Positions 1 through 13,594 are shown, counted from the first letter of the stretch. The stretch is 61,192 bases of DNA from Rhynchobatus australiae (GCA_034780895.1 JAUZTB010000057.1:28611216-28672407), one strand, 5' to 3'. The notes: generated by a model from the sequence alone, not told the origin. Numbers and translations are program-made.

Positions 1-708
1 GGTGGTGATCCCCTGTGTCTTCCTGTCCTCTCTCCGGGACTCTGGCGAGCCCCACCCCTTCCCAAACACACACACAGGGGGAGAGGTTTCTGGTCATAAA
101 CAGAGGTCAGGGAGTTCATCAGCATCCGCGGAGGGTTACTGGTCTGCGGGACAAAGGGGCCAGACCGAGCCGTGTCAGGGTAGGGGTGCAAGGACACATG
201 AGGTGAAAGGACCCGGACTGGCTGGCCTCCTGTACCAATGGATGCACCGACTGGGGAGGGAATATCGGATCAGGGAGTGGGCGAGGGAATCAGGGAATCG
301 CGACCTATCACGTTCCCACACACAGGAGCCTGTGAGATGTGGGCAGATTGATCCTTGCTTGCAGGTTGTTCAAAATGCAGGCAGCTGCTCTGACTGCCAT
401 CGCTGCCTCTCGCTCACACACCCAACAATGAAACAGGAGCCTGCATCTGCGAGGGACAGGTGAAGCCGGGACACACTTGGCACTCGTACTTTTTTCAGCC
501 GCATCCCAATGGGGATCTCGCCTCAAGCTCTCCCTTGGGAGCCCAGTCTTCTCAGCAGCGAATAAATCCCATAACCTTTTCAGGCAGGGGTTCAAGCGTT
601 GCTGCGTCCTTCTCCGAAATCTGATCCCGACGCCCACAGTTGCGGGCCCGGAGATACGAAAGCTCCAGACAAGCCGGCAGAACAGGACAGCTCGGCGCTG
701 CCACTCAC

Positions 709-1020
709 CTGGGGCAGGAGTCACTAACAGAGTAATACTTGAATCACCAACGCAGCCAGCGCTGGGAATAATGGAAATGTTTGCCACTGAGTATTGTTAC
801 ATCAAAGTGTATCCATGCAGGTTGCAAGTATTCTGCATTCCACTAAGTGCTGCTCATGTACAGTGCCCTATACGCCAAATTAACACTTGCGAACTGTTTC
901 TCCCCCACAGTAGACAATTAGCATCGGCGTTGACAGTTTAATTTTGTCCGCCCTACCTTCCCCACACAGAATGCCTCAGTGTGAAGTCGCCGTTAGCAGC
1001 AGCTTCCTCCGCTCCGCTCT
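709..1020 (-). other. Probable non-coding first exon of the next minus-strand gene (RPH3A suspected from synteny)
   Basis: GC/CpG-enriched region 1-1200 with consensus donor CCCCAG|GTGAGT at 709/708. The 5' end is approximate and the gene identity is inferred only from mammalian PTPN11-RPH3A gene order. Confidence 0.4.
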
Positions 1021-1814
1021 CTGACACGCTGCCGGTTGGTCCTGTCCTCGATTTTCTCTCCTCTGTGAGTTCTCACCGTGCGAGAATGCCCACAGCTGAG
1101 AGCATGCTCACTCAGTGACAGGTCCCTGCTGATCACCTCTGGAAACCCTGTGCCACACACAGGCATTGGCTCCTCTCAGTGAGACTCCTCACCCTTTCGT
1201 TGGGACCTTTACTGGGATCTCAGGTGGAACCAAGGAAGTCTTTTTAACGTTTAATTATCTAAAATACACTGAACAGTTAATTGGTTGGGATATCAGGTTT
1301 TTTTTTAGAAAATGAGTTCATGGGGTCCAGATGGGCACAGGACATGTATGTATTTTGGAAGATATGATATTAATACTAAAGTTTCATATGCAATTATGTG
1401 ATCTATCTTAACTTGGGTAATGGTGATGTGTTACAGATGGTAATAGAATAATTGGTTTCCATGGCAATAGGATTCACTCATGCATTTCTTAAGTGGACAG
1501 CAACTGACCCCCCCCACCCCCATCCCCTTAAATTGGTTTAGGTACAAAGGCTGTAAAACACCAATACAAACTACCCTTCCTGGATCACCTGTGGAGTATT
1601 TAGTCAAATTGTTTAAGAAGGGAATTCGTATCTGGTACGTGGTTCTATCCAAGGTTAAGCACTGATAGCTGCACATCGAAGAGCAACATAGGATGAGGGA
1701 TGGACTTTGAGATCTTGCGTTGGAGCCCTTCTTACATAATAAAAACTGCTATTGATTCAAGTGTTAATATATCTTAGCATGGACTCAAATAAGCACATTT
1801 AATCTCCCAAGGAA

Positions 1815-2086
1815 GGTTTAAAACAGAAATGAGGAGAAATTTCTTTAGCCAGAGGGTCGTGAATTTATGGAATTCTTTGCCATGTAGAGCAGTGGAGGCC
1901 CGATCATTGGAGGCGTTTAAGGAGGAGATAGATAGGTATCTAATTAGTCAAGGGATATGGGGAATAAGGCCAGAAATTGGAGCTAGAAAGGAATAGTTTT
2001 TTGTTCTTCTTTTTCTTTAGCTCATAGAGCAGACCTAATGGGCTGAATGGCCTACTTCTGCTCCCTTGTCTTGTGATATTGTGATC
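1815..2086 (+). mobile_element. CR1-like LINE 3' end
   Basis: RT C-terminal remnant (atgaggagaaatttctttagccagagggtcgtgaat) plus tail ggctgaatggcctacttctgctcc. Confidence 0.8.
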
Positions 2087-2894
2087 TTTTGAAAGAGTTC
2101 TTCCTGGTCCTTCCTAAAAAAAACCCAGAAATATAACAAACTTCAGGACATCCTGAATGGCTACTTCTTGGGACATATATCTTTCTAAGAGAGGTAGCCA
2201 TTCAAAATGTTTTGCAGAAGCTGTGACTAGTTGATGTCATGTAGAAGACTGATGCTTAAACTAATGTTGTTTTAGTTTGATGCACTTGGTCTATGAGAAA
2301 TTATGAACCAAGAGTTTAATCTAATTATGCTTAACTTCTGGGATGGGTCATTGATGTGGGTAGCAAAGGACAGAGTCAAAAGTAGAAGGAGAAAGGAGGA
2401 AACGTTTGGGAATGTTAAGACCATATAAAAAGAGTAACAAGAATTTGGGAAAGTGAAGCATCAATGGAACTAATTATATCCAGGGCAACTGTGAAAAGCT
2501 GACAAATAGTGGGGTGGTCAAATAAGACAAAAGCAAAATAATGGAAATGTACATATTTCAATGTATGCTTGCAATCACATTGATCTCAAATCATGTTGTT
2601 AGATTAGTTAAGTACTTAGTTTACTTAGTTTACTAAACTTTCTGCAGAATTGACAGGTCTGATTGAAGAAGGAGCGTGTCAGCATGCTCCAGTCTGAGAT
2701 AGATCATTATAGTGGTGTTTTAACTGTAAAATATTTCTTCTTTCCTGCAGTTCCTTAATCTAGGGCAGTGATAAAAAAAAGATTCTGATTTTTTTTCAAT
2801 TAAATTACTAGTCACCCACTGCTCGAGTGTTTNNNNNNNNNNCTATCAGGATGATATTTTTGGACAACACTTCTCTCTAGGTTTTCTTTATAAG

Positions 2895-3840
2895 ATGTGG
2901 GCATCACTGGTGAGGCCATTATTAATTGCCTATCACTAGTTGTCCTTGAGAAGATGAAGGTGAGAGCCACCTTCTTAAACTGCGGAAGTTTTCACGAAGG
3001 GACTCTCACATGGCTGTGGGTTAAGAAGTTCTGAGGTTTTGACTCAGCAGCAATGACAGAGTAGCAGTGTATTTCCAGTCAGGATAGTGTGAGAGTTGCA
3101 GGGTAACTCGGAATTAGTAATGACCTCTTGTCCCTGTAGCCCTTGTCCTTCTTGATGGTAGAGTTTGAGAGTTTGGGATGCAGTTGAAGAAGTCCTAGCA
3201 AGTTAATTTTGTACTCGGTAAATAATGCTGTCACAGTGCATTGTCAATGGAAAGTCGATGTTCAGGATTGTGGATCCAGTGGACTGCTTTGTGCTGGAGA
3301 GCACTGAGCTTTTGAAGTTTTGTTGGAGCAGAATTCTTCTGGAAAAATGAAGTGTTCCAACACACTCTTGACCTGAGCCTTGTGAATGGTGGAAGGGCTC
3401 TGTGAGGGGAGTCACTCACTGCGGAATACCAGCCTCTGACCTGATCTTGTAGCCACATCATGTATGTGGCTGGTCCAGTTGCATTACTGGTCAATTGCCA
3501 CCCCCCCCGCCAATGTTGACAGTCGGGTATTTGGAACGGATGCCATTGAATATCATGGGAAGATAGTCAGATTTTTCTCTTGCTTGAGATGGCTATTACC
3601 TGGCACTTGTTGAGATGAACCCCACTTTTCAGCCTAAGTCTATGCAGTTCTTTTTGCATGGGTTGCTCCATTTTCTGTGGAGTTGCAAATGGAATTAAAT
3701 ACTTGGCAATCATCTGAAAATAACCCAGTTTCCGCCTTTATGATGAGGAAGTTGAAGATGTTTTGGCTTAGAACACTGTAGAGGAATCTCTGCAGTGATA
3801 ACCTGGGATTTCTATGATTGACTCCACAGTCCTGACCACC
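2895..3840 (-). mobile_element. Degraded LINE 3' portion (CR1-clade family with ctcaccaccaccttctcaagggcaatt tail)
   Basis: Reverse complement of the tail seen at 44900-45000 and 52680-52760. Confidence 0.65.
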
Positions 3841-4029
3841 TTCCTATAATGTACTGCGCTGCTGCAAAATAGCTAATTTTCATGGCATTTATACCCGAGG
3901 TATGTATGCCTATGACAACATAACCTTGAACTTGAACTTCTTTGCATTTTGTGAACAGGACGTACCTTGGCAACACTACAGTGTCAGGCAGTTGCCAGTG
4001 TTGTGACCGTACTGGAATTCCTTAACTAG

Positions 4030-6010
4030 TGAGAAAATGAGCTGCAAGAGGAATGCAGAGAGGCTGCAAGCAACATAGTATTGAAGAACATGGTGGATGG
4101 AGTAAAATGTGGAAAGTGTGAAGTTGTGTATTTGAGCGAGAAGAATAGAAAACATGGAAGATTATTTAAACAATGAGGGACTAGTAATTATTGGTGTATA
4201 GAGGAATCTTGATGCAATGGTTCATGAGAAAATAATAAATAGGTTCAGCAAGCAGTTAGGAAGGAATATGGGATGTTGGTCTTTATGAGATTTTGCTGAG
4301 TCCATCACCTTGTTCAAACTGAAAAGGAAAGCTAGTGAGGTAAAACAACATAACAGAGTTATGCCAGCAGTTCAGGACCTAAGTCCAAAGGAAGATCCAT
4401 ATCAGCAAAAAAATAGTGGTGGCAAGAAAACACCAAGGTGATTGAGTTTTATGCTGATAAACATGTTTATGGCAAACGATCCTGTGGTCCCACAGCACTC
4501 TGAGGCAACGATAGTTTGACCCTGAGGAAATCAAAGACAAATGGAAGGAGCAGTTAGAGACACTCATTAACCATGAGTCAACTTTGACAGATGCCACTAT
4601 TGAATTGATCCCTCACCACTGACAGAGAATCTGGTATAATGAGAAGTAGGTCCCTTTACAGACTATGACAAAATTAAATTGAGGAATAAGTAAGTAGCAG
4701 AGAGGTAAACAAATATTTTGTGCGTCTTTGCGGAAGAGACCACAGAAAACCTTCCGGAAAAAAATGAGTTGTGTAGGTCTAAAGTAAATGCAGTTTCAAG
4801 AAGTTAGCATTGGTTAAAAATAAAATCAGTATTGGAAAAAATAATGGGATTGAATAGTGATAAATCCCTAGGACTTAATAAACTGCCTCTCTGGATTTTG
4901 AAGGAGATGGCTATGGAGATAATAGATACACTGATTGTTATCTTTCAAAGTGTGATAGATTCAGGAGCGATTCTCACAGATTGAAAGGTGGCAAATGTAA
5001 CCCAACCAATGAAGGGAGAAAGAAAATGGAACGGTGGACTGGCTAGTTGACATCATTGCAGGGAAAATGCTAGAATCTATAGCTAAGGAGATGGTCACAG
5101 GGCATTTAAAAAATAATAGGATTGGACAGAATCAACATGGATTTATGAAGAGGACATCGCATTTGAGAAATTTGGAATTATTCAAGATTGTAACCAGTTC
5201 AACAGATATGGAGGAAACCTTGATGGGGTGTATTTGGACTTTAAGAAGGCCTTCAATAAGATGCCACAGATTATTAAACAAAATTAGAGGGCATGGTACT
5301 AAGGAAGAATATAGTAATGTGGAATGATTAAAGGACAAAAAACACAAGAGAGGGATTAAACAGCTCACCTTTTATTTGGTGGCTGTGATCAGTGTGGTGA
5401 TGCAGGGGGTGGCGCTGGAGCCCTAGCTGTTAACAATTAATGTCAATGTTTTGGATGAGAGGACCAAGTGCAATATATGCAAAATTGCTGATGATATAAA
5501 AGCCAGGTTACAGAGTGGGTAGTGAGAAGAATGCAAAAACACTTCAAGCAGACCGAAAATACTGGAAACACTTAGCAGGTTAATAAGCATCTGTGGAAAG
5601 GGAAACAGAGCTAATGTTGTTTGAACAGTTCTGATGAAGGGCCTCCTACCTGAAATGTTAACTCTGTTTCTCCTTCCACAGATGCTGCCTGAACTGCTGA
5701 GTGTTCCCAGCATCTGCAGTTTTTTTTCTATTTTCATTAACCGAGGCTTCAGGGAGATACAAATGGACTAAATGGATGGCAGATTAAGTATAATGAACAA
5801 AAAAAATGCAAGGTTTCCCATTTTGGTAGAAAAATATAGATAAGTGTAACATTATAAAATAGTGTGACATGGAAAGGAATTGATCAGAGGGATCTCAGTC
5901 CTAGTGCATGAAGGCAAATGTAACATCAGCTTTTAATGCAAGATACTATGAGAACAATAGAGACTGAATGACCTTCTCCTAACTCTTTTTCTAATGTTTC
6001 TTATGTTTAG
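4030..6010 (+). mobile_element. Nested degraded CR1 ORF2 fragments with an RTE-like piece (about 4300-4620) and a short acagatgctgc-type insert (about 5555-5735)
   Basis: ORF 5034..5327 resembles CR1 RT (GKMLESI...QHGFMK); many stops and frameshifts. Confidence 0.7.
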
Positions 6011-6079
6011 AGCCAGCCTTAGGCCTTGTATATGCCACAGGATAAATCAGCATTAAGGGGCGGACCTTATTAACAGTTG

Positions 6080-6845
6080 AACACTTCTGCCATCACAGTT
6101 GCCACCCCACTCAAGGTGCTCATTGGGAGATTCATCACAGATCACCAATGGGCTTCATTTTGGAAAATGGTCTAACACGAGAAGGGCAGTGGTTGATGCA
6201 GATAGAAGAATGGGGCAGAAAGTCATGCAGGTAACAGTCTATTTGCAATTCCTAAAGTGGAGGGGTGAAGATGTCTGGTGGTGTAATCTCATTGAAGGTG
6301 GCAGGAGTTGTGAAGGACGTTCAATTAAATGCAGTGGCTGGTGGGGTAGAAAGTGAGGACCAGGGAAATGCTATCCTTTCTCTGACTGGGAGAAGGGTGA
6401 CAGCAGAGCTGTGGGAAAAAGATGAGGTACAGTCAAGGGCTCCAACTCTGGTAGAAAGGAAGCTATTGTTATGGAAAATGGGAAACACTTCAGAAGCTGT
6501 ATGGAAAGTCTCATCAGAGCAGAAATGACAGGAACCGAGAGATTGGAATGGATATTTACAGGAAACAAGGGGTTGGAAGTACAATTAATATTGCTGTGGG
6601 AATCTGTGGGCTTGTAGCATGAGCAACTATTACAAGTCCAAAGACTCTCTCAACTATCTTGACTATACACCCCTTGTTCCATCCATTCCTCCCCTACTCT
6701 CTCTGCAACTTAAAACTATTTCTTCTCACTTTCCCAGTAAAGGATCTTTGACCTGAAATATTAAGTTTCAATTTCCACAGATGCTGCCCGATCTGTGTTT
6801 CCAGCATTGTTTTTATTTCATATTGCTGGCATCTGCAGTTTTTTT
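6080..6845. mobile_element. Penelope-like relic plus acagatgctgc terminal-repeat fragment
   Basis: Resembles chondrichthyan Penelope-like sequence as I recall it. The terminal motif acagatgctgcc...ccagcat recurs many times in the window. Confidence 0.5.
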
Positions 6846-8366
6846 GTTGTTTTTTTTAAAATTATGGAGGAATCTGGGATGTTGGTCAATTGAATGAGAC
6901 CAACTACAACAAGACATTTTACTACTGTATTATCTTGAACAGTGGGAAAATGTACAGGTACTCTGTAAAATATTAAATGAACCTTTCCAGAATTTGTTCA
7001 AAAGATTCCTAGTTGAAATTCAGAACTGAATTTTTCCACAACGAGTTGTGGAAGTGTGAAACACTTTCTCCACCCACCCCCACTGAGACAGGATGCCAGT
7101 TCAATTGAGTAAGAGATTTTTGTTTAGTACATTTCAGAGTTGTAGGGATAAAAGGCGATCAAATGCCATTTAGGCATGATCTACTTAGAACGATTGCATA
7201 GGTTTCAAGGGCTGAATGACCTGTTAAGCAATGCAAATTGGAAAATTAGTTGGGAAAAAACTGAACATTGTGGTATGATCACCTGGAAGTTGTAGAACAA
7301 GTGGTATGTAGTTCAAAAATGCAAATATTGAAGATTGCAGCACCTGTAAGGCAGTTTATATTCATTTTCTTTCCCACTTGTCCCCCAAAAACTCCAGTTC
7401 TACTGTGTTACAAGGTCAAAGAGTGTTGTGGGATTTGATAACCTGCCCTAGTAGCATTCAAGCATTTGCAGGTTTCTGTCACATAAGGGAAATACACAAC
7501 CTGGCCCACTCCTGTACTGTTGACATTCAGACTTACAGCAAAGGTCACTAGATATCACTCAGGTGCAGACACTTGCTCCATTTCAAAGACAAGGAGCAAG
7601 TCAGACATTGGGATTGTGCCCATTTGTTCATACAACCCAGACCCCCACGAAACAGATCGACTCAAAATCAATAAATAGAAAATAACTTATTCAGACATCA
7701 ATTTATCAATTTTCAACAAAGATTACAGGCTTGAAAATAACATTCCTTGTTAACATTAAGTACCCAGTCCGAAATTTCCAAGTACAGAGAATCAAAGAAT
7801 TAATCAGTAGATATCCAAATTTACTTGAATTGAAGGGATTATTTTTCCCACTCAAATGACCTCGGGAAATTTAGTTCATCGTGCCACGGAGTTATCAATA
7901 TCAATTGGAGCTGGGCTCAAGAACACAAAACATCCTTGGGATTAAGATGTTAAACAATTCATGGATTCAGCAGAGAAGCTGAGACTTTAAAAAGTGGTCA
8001 GGTGTTGGCAATGCTCAATTTCAAATGGTTGTAAGGAGAAAAGACCAAGGAAACATGCAGATTTACACTAAGTTCTGGGATGAACAAAATAGAGAGTTTG
8101 CAACAAGCTATTATAATGGTGAATGGAAGGTGGGCATAGTGCCTTTGATCCAATCTGCACTGTTCTTTACCTATGTACAGGTGATGGGGCATTCCTTGGT
8201 TTGGCAAGTCTTTGTCTGCTGGAGGCAGCTTTTCCTACTAATCAGAAACAGGTTCAGGTCAAGGCCCATTTGAACTGAAACTCATACAAGCATTAATTTT
8301 TAATGTGTGCAACTCCAAAAAGAGGAAAGAAGATGACAATCAGATACTCAGCTTATATAAAATGAC

Positions 8367-8372
8367 TTTATT
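8367..8372 (-). terminator. Probable polyadenylation signal AATAAA of PTPN11
   Basis: The minus strand reads ...TATAAATGTATTTGTAATGTATCAGATCTTAAAATTAGGAATAAAGTCATTTTATATAAG, with upstream UGUA elements typical of a vertebrate mRNA 3' end. Confidence 0.6.
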
Positions 8373-11300
8373 CCTAATTTTAAGATCTGATACATTACAA
8401 ATACATTTATACTCTGATAATCAGCTTATGTAGCTTTAAAATCACAGCATGACTAGCAAAAAGAAATGAACTACCACCCATATATACTTTTATAAATATA
8501 GGAAAATCATTTACTGTGTCTGTACATAAACTAGACATCTGAATGGTATGAATTTTGACAAAATGTGAAATTACAGGATGGATAATAAAAAGCAGATGTC
8601 ATTTATAATCATTGCACCATTATTCTGATTGTTTACAATGGGTTATTCAATTTGAAATTCTGCAGATAAACAACCAGCCCATATAATAATCTGACACATT
8701 AGAGCAATTCAATTCACATTAATAGGCCAACTGGTTACATCCAGGACTTTCTAAAAGTTATTTCTTCTCTCTTATTTTGTCAATATAAATNNNNNNNNNN
8801 NGAAAGCTCGTTCACAATATAATGTCAACTCCAGATTAATGCAGTAATGAACCAAGTGCAGAATTCCAAATTCATGCAGACTTCCCAATTAATATTCAAA
8901 CAGAAGAGCTGAATGAGCTGTTACTGGTTTTATGTATTAGAAGTTCAACACACAGCAGCTGGGCAATGTGGGTTCATTCCCAGGCCAGAATTCCTGCTCT
9001 CAGGTGTCTTAGAGTAAAGAGACAGCAAGCACAGGCCAGGATCATCCACGCAGATGGAAGGCAGGGAAGAAATGTCTTGTAATGTCCTCATGTGGCTTCT
9101 CCCAGCTGGGTGACAGACTAACAACTGAGGCCTGGTAACAAATCACAATCCACGCTCCAGCATAAGACTGTCATAAGCAGTGTGGAGCTAAAAGAACTTT
9201 ACCCTCACAAAAATTACAAAATTCTGATTCAAGCATAAAATCCTTCGGACAACAGTCATGCTTAGTAAATAATAAAATTCATCGTCACATTTTAGACATT
9301 TAAATAGTTCTGGCATGAAATGGTTTAGGGAAAATTTACTCAGTCTGGTTTAGTCCAAAGTCATAATGTTTAGAGTTCCATTTCAAGATCTTAAAATTCT
9401 TTTGATATTCTCAGTATATATTTAGTTATGGTCTGATACTACAGCTTAATGGAAAAAGACTATCCAAGTCACAGTATCACTGGAGAAAGGCCACCTGCAG
9501 TATCCTAACAGCAGAGGGCAGGGGGAACTCGTATGTTGCCACTGAGCTTTTCCACTTCCTGTTAGATTAAGTTTACCCAGTGGCTTTGGCACATAGGCTA
9601 AAACACTTGTGGTTCAAAGTAAAATTAGTTCATTAAAAAATTCTAACATACTTCATTGTCGTGACTTGAGTAACTCATGTGCCCGATCCTGTTTTTGACC
9701 AAGTACAAACAATAGTTTCTGTAAGGATTTGCCAAATGTCTGTTTTATTATAATGGGCACTACAGCTTTGAAAATACCTATTTAATGCTTTCCCACAAAG
9801 AAGAAAATGGAGGAGCTGCAAACAGTCTTGCAGGATAGCACTTTCTCTTTCAAGGATTCTTCAAAGTTGGGAGTAATATCAGGATTAATGCCATATGATC
9901 ATGAACCTACACATCTATGCAGGAATTTTCATTGGGTCTAGAATATGGCTTACTGTCCTACATATGGTTTGGTGGGGGTGGGGGGAGGTCAGGAGATAGC
10001 AGGGACAAAAGGGGAAAGGAACACTGGCTCTACCAAGCCCTGGTCATAGAAGGCCCAGCAGTGTAGTGGGGAATGTGAACATGCTGCATATTCCTAACCT
10101 AGGGTGCAGGCCATTGCTATCTGGAATGGACATGCAGAGATCTCAGTCAAAGGCCTATTTCACTCTNNNNNNNNNNNNNNNNNNNNNNNNNNNNNNNNNN
10201 NNNNNNNNNNNNNNNNNNNNNNNNNNNNNNTCCCTTGAAAGGAGATGGGACAAACATCCTGAATGCTCTTCCTGTACTTGGTCTACACATTGATCTGTGG
10301 TGCAACTTCCTCTTAAAGTGATTTCGGTTTCACAACTACCAGAGACAGGCATGCTAGAGATGCCCCTTCCTGTGCTTCTGCTGGTTTTAGGGAAATGCTA
10401 GGCCAGGGTGATGCTGGCTTCAAGATTCAGTTTCAAAAGTATAGCCACCTGATCCATTGCCTCCCAGAACACTAGAAATTCAACCTGCTGTTGAAGATAC
10501 CATTAATTTGTGCCCAATTTGAGGATTGAAAAGCTTCATATAAAACAATGTAGAAAATAACATGTAAATTTACATACAAAATGTTTAAATCAAATAAATC
10601 AGTCTTTGATTAATTTGTGTGGAACATACACATCCTGTAATTAATACAAAATGGCAAAGAATTCGGGAACACAGCTTGCTGGGGGTGGTGGGATATAGGC
10701 AGACATCAGGTTTTCGAGGCACATGGGAGGAAGATCATTTGTTTCTGGGTGGAGATCAGCGCACACCTTGGAGTACCCCAGTCTTGCAGCTTCCCACATG
10801 ATGCACTGAATACTAAAACTGAATTGTTACAGGGTGAATCCAGGCAGACTGTTCATCTATAAGCTGTGGTTTGGGATACAAACTAAACTCTAATCCCACT
10901 GGCATCCTAACCATGTATCATGTTCCCTGGCGAGCAAGACCCATGTTCATCGGAGTTTAACGGTACTAAGGCCGCTGGTTTCTCTCATTATTACAAGGGA
11001 GAGCAACCTCGTTGGCACAGAATAAAATTAAAATTTTTGATATGAAACGAATACACATTAGCACACATCTATTCTCCAACACAGCATCAACTGTAACAGC
11101 AAGGTTATGCCCAGTGAATCATTTTCTTACACAGACAGATTTTAAAAAGCCTCAATACATCCAGCAACTTAACAGAGGGAGGAATTTGAGGCAAATCCTG
11201 TGTACAAATGCCAACAATCCCTCTTTTTAAGCTGTTAATTGAAACAAGCAAAAGGTACAACACATGACACTTTCATGGTCTACATCAATGTCACTGAACT

Positions 11301-11879
11301 TGTTAAAGGCAAACTATTTAAAAGATTCAAATGAACGTACGATTTTCTACTTAACCTTACTGGGTTATTTTTAAAATCTATTCATCATTTAAACAAAAAG
11401 AATTAAAATGAGTTCAAGTTCTCAAAGAATTATGTGAAGTAAATGACTGCAGAGAGGCTATGACTGTAAAAAGGCACTTGGGTTCCACATCAGTAAAATA
11501 CTGAAAAGCAATGCAATGGATGCATAAAGTATGGTGAAGCTTTATGTACTAGCACAGAGCATCTTCTGAAATTAGGGAGGCTACTGTTCACTTTTAGTGT
11601 CTAGATGGGGAGGGGTGGGGAAAGAAGGTGAGGGAGGGGCTAATTCATCACCTCATCCTGGCTCTGGTCGTTTCATAGCCCCGACAGACTCCATTGATGA
11701 GCAGAGGCCAGAGGATTGGAAGGGTTGACAGACGTGGTAACCGGTCGTAAGGGAATGTGCGCAGGGTAAACTGGTGTCCGCCTCACCCCTTGCACCCCGC
11801 CAACTGAACCAGTTTACAATCTGGTGATGGGCGGCTGTGAATGAATGAGCCAGGCCCTTGAGCTGGGCAGCTCATCCCT

Positions 11880-12200
11880 CTGCAGTGTGGCACTCGAGTG
11901 CCATCATCTTGAGATCATCTTGTGCTTGTTGAGAATCCCACTGCACTGTCAAGAGGGCTGCGAGTTGCTGAGCCATCCAACTGGGGCCTCATCACCCATC
12001 GGGAAAGATCCCACATGAAAGATCCCATGGGAACGTTCTGAAGAAAGTAAACTGTTCCCTGGTGTCCTGCCGACGATTTCTAACCCAGGTTATTGCACAT
12101 TGGTGGAAGCCTGCTGTGCATGAATGTGTCCCTTGGAACTCCCACATTGTAGCCGGAGGTGCACGTGAAAGATTCCCACTTCAGCTGGGAGATCCTGAAA
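11880..12200 (+). mobile_element. Highly diverged DeuSINE (SacSINE1/AmnSINE-type Deu domain)
   Basis: Motifs ctgcactgtc, aaagatcccatgg, gaagaa...cctggtgtcctg and gctgtgca occur in Deu-domain order. Confidence 0.6.
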
Positions 12201-12204
12201 GGGA

Positions 12205-12344
12205 ATTATTGGTATTGGTTTATTATTGTCACTTGTACCGAGGTACAGTGAAAGACTTGTCTTGCGTACCGATCGTGCAGGTCAATTCATTACACAGTGC
12301 AGTTACATTGAGTCAGTACAGAGTGCATTGAGGTAGTACAGGTA
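12205..12344 (-). mobile_element. Young LINE 3' tail running into a gap
   Basis: The minus strand ends ...cactgtacctcggtacaagtgacaataataaaccaatacc, sharing sequence with 56150-56200. Confidence 0.65.
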
Positions 12345-13594
12345 NNNNNNNNNNNNNNNNNNNNNNNNNNNNNNNNNNNNNNNNNNNNNNNNNNNNNNNN
12401 NNNNNNNNNNNNNNNNNNNNNNNNNNNNNNNNNNNNNNNNNNNNCATTTTTCCTCTGCTTTTCACAGCCACCTCAATTCTCCTAAAGGAAGTGGGGATGG
12501 GTAGAAGGTGGGGAGGGGAAAGCACAAAAACAAAACTAAAAATGTCAAGCAACATTCCTGCCATTTCACAATACTCAATTCATTTAAGATGTTACTTAGT
12601 CTAATAAAATTTCTCTGGGGCCCAGGCAAGTCTCAGTTGTGTGGGAGAACCAGTATCCTGGCAAGCCAGATGTTGAATTATTGAGATTTTGGAATATTTG
12701 ACGAGTGATTAATGAAGTTTTACTGTATTCTACACTTGTAAGAAAGACTACCATTGAAATTTACACCATTTAAATTTGATTTCTAAGTAAATCAATGAAA
12801 GAAAAAAAGTACCCTAATAGGATCAGAGTACCGGAGCACAAACACAGTGTGCCTTAGCAAGCAGATGCAACCACACTCCAGAAACACACATAAAAAGGGA
12901 AACCAAATGTAATGACGTCACTGAGAAAACTGGGACCTGTGAGACTGCAAAATTGTACATGTTCCCATTTCTCATCAATGATTTCTCCTTCCAAGCTTGT
13001 TCTCCAGGTACTATGCATTATATTGTCCCCATGCTGGTTTGGAGATCTGCTCCCAAACCACTTGCAAATTCTGGTTGTCAGCCAGGAATCAAGAGGATTC
13101 AGTTCCCCTCAACTCAGTCACTATACATCATCTGCTCCGAATAAAAAGTCTATGAATAAAACTCCAACTTTGTTCCTTCAAATCTCCCTTCATGTTAATG
13201 AAAATATACTACCATAGTAACAATGTAAATAGTAGTGTGCTTGTGTAGAGATACAACAGAATAGGGTTTAAAAATTCTTTGCAAATCCTTGCTGGTTTAG
13301 TGTTCACCCATCTTTCATGATCAGGCTTCATCAGAAGGACCCNNNNNNNNNNNNNNNNNNNNNNNNNNNNNNNNNNNNNNNNNNNNNNNNNNNNNNNNNN
13401 NNNNNNNNNNAGGGAGAGGGAACAAAGGTTCTAGCCCCACATTTGTACCCAGTGACACCACTAAGTGTTAGCACAGTTAAGACTGTTAGGCACAGTGGGA
13501 AATGTGCCTTCCTTATTGATATGATGGATGGATGAACCTGCCTGTAAATCTTTTTTCTAATCTAAACAGAAGTCAATAATCTGAAAAGGGTCAA

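Larger units (their letters stand above)
8345..13131 (-). other. PTPN11: Probable PTPN11 terminal non-coding exon (3' UTR); 5' boundary uncertain
   Basis: The donor after the stop codon requires a downstream exon. Candidate acceptor tttttattcggagcag| at 13132-13133; a largely repeat-poor, AU-rich stretch then ends in AATAAA. Confidence 0.45.

Noticed and set aside
2-941. Long overlapping ORFs (2..463, 308..787, 477..941) as protein-coding genes
   Set aside because: No recognisable domain; long ORFs are expected by chance in GC-rich promoter or first-intron DNA.
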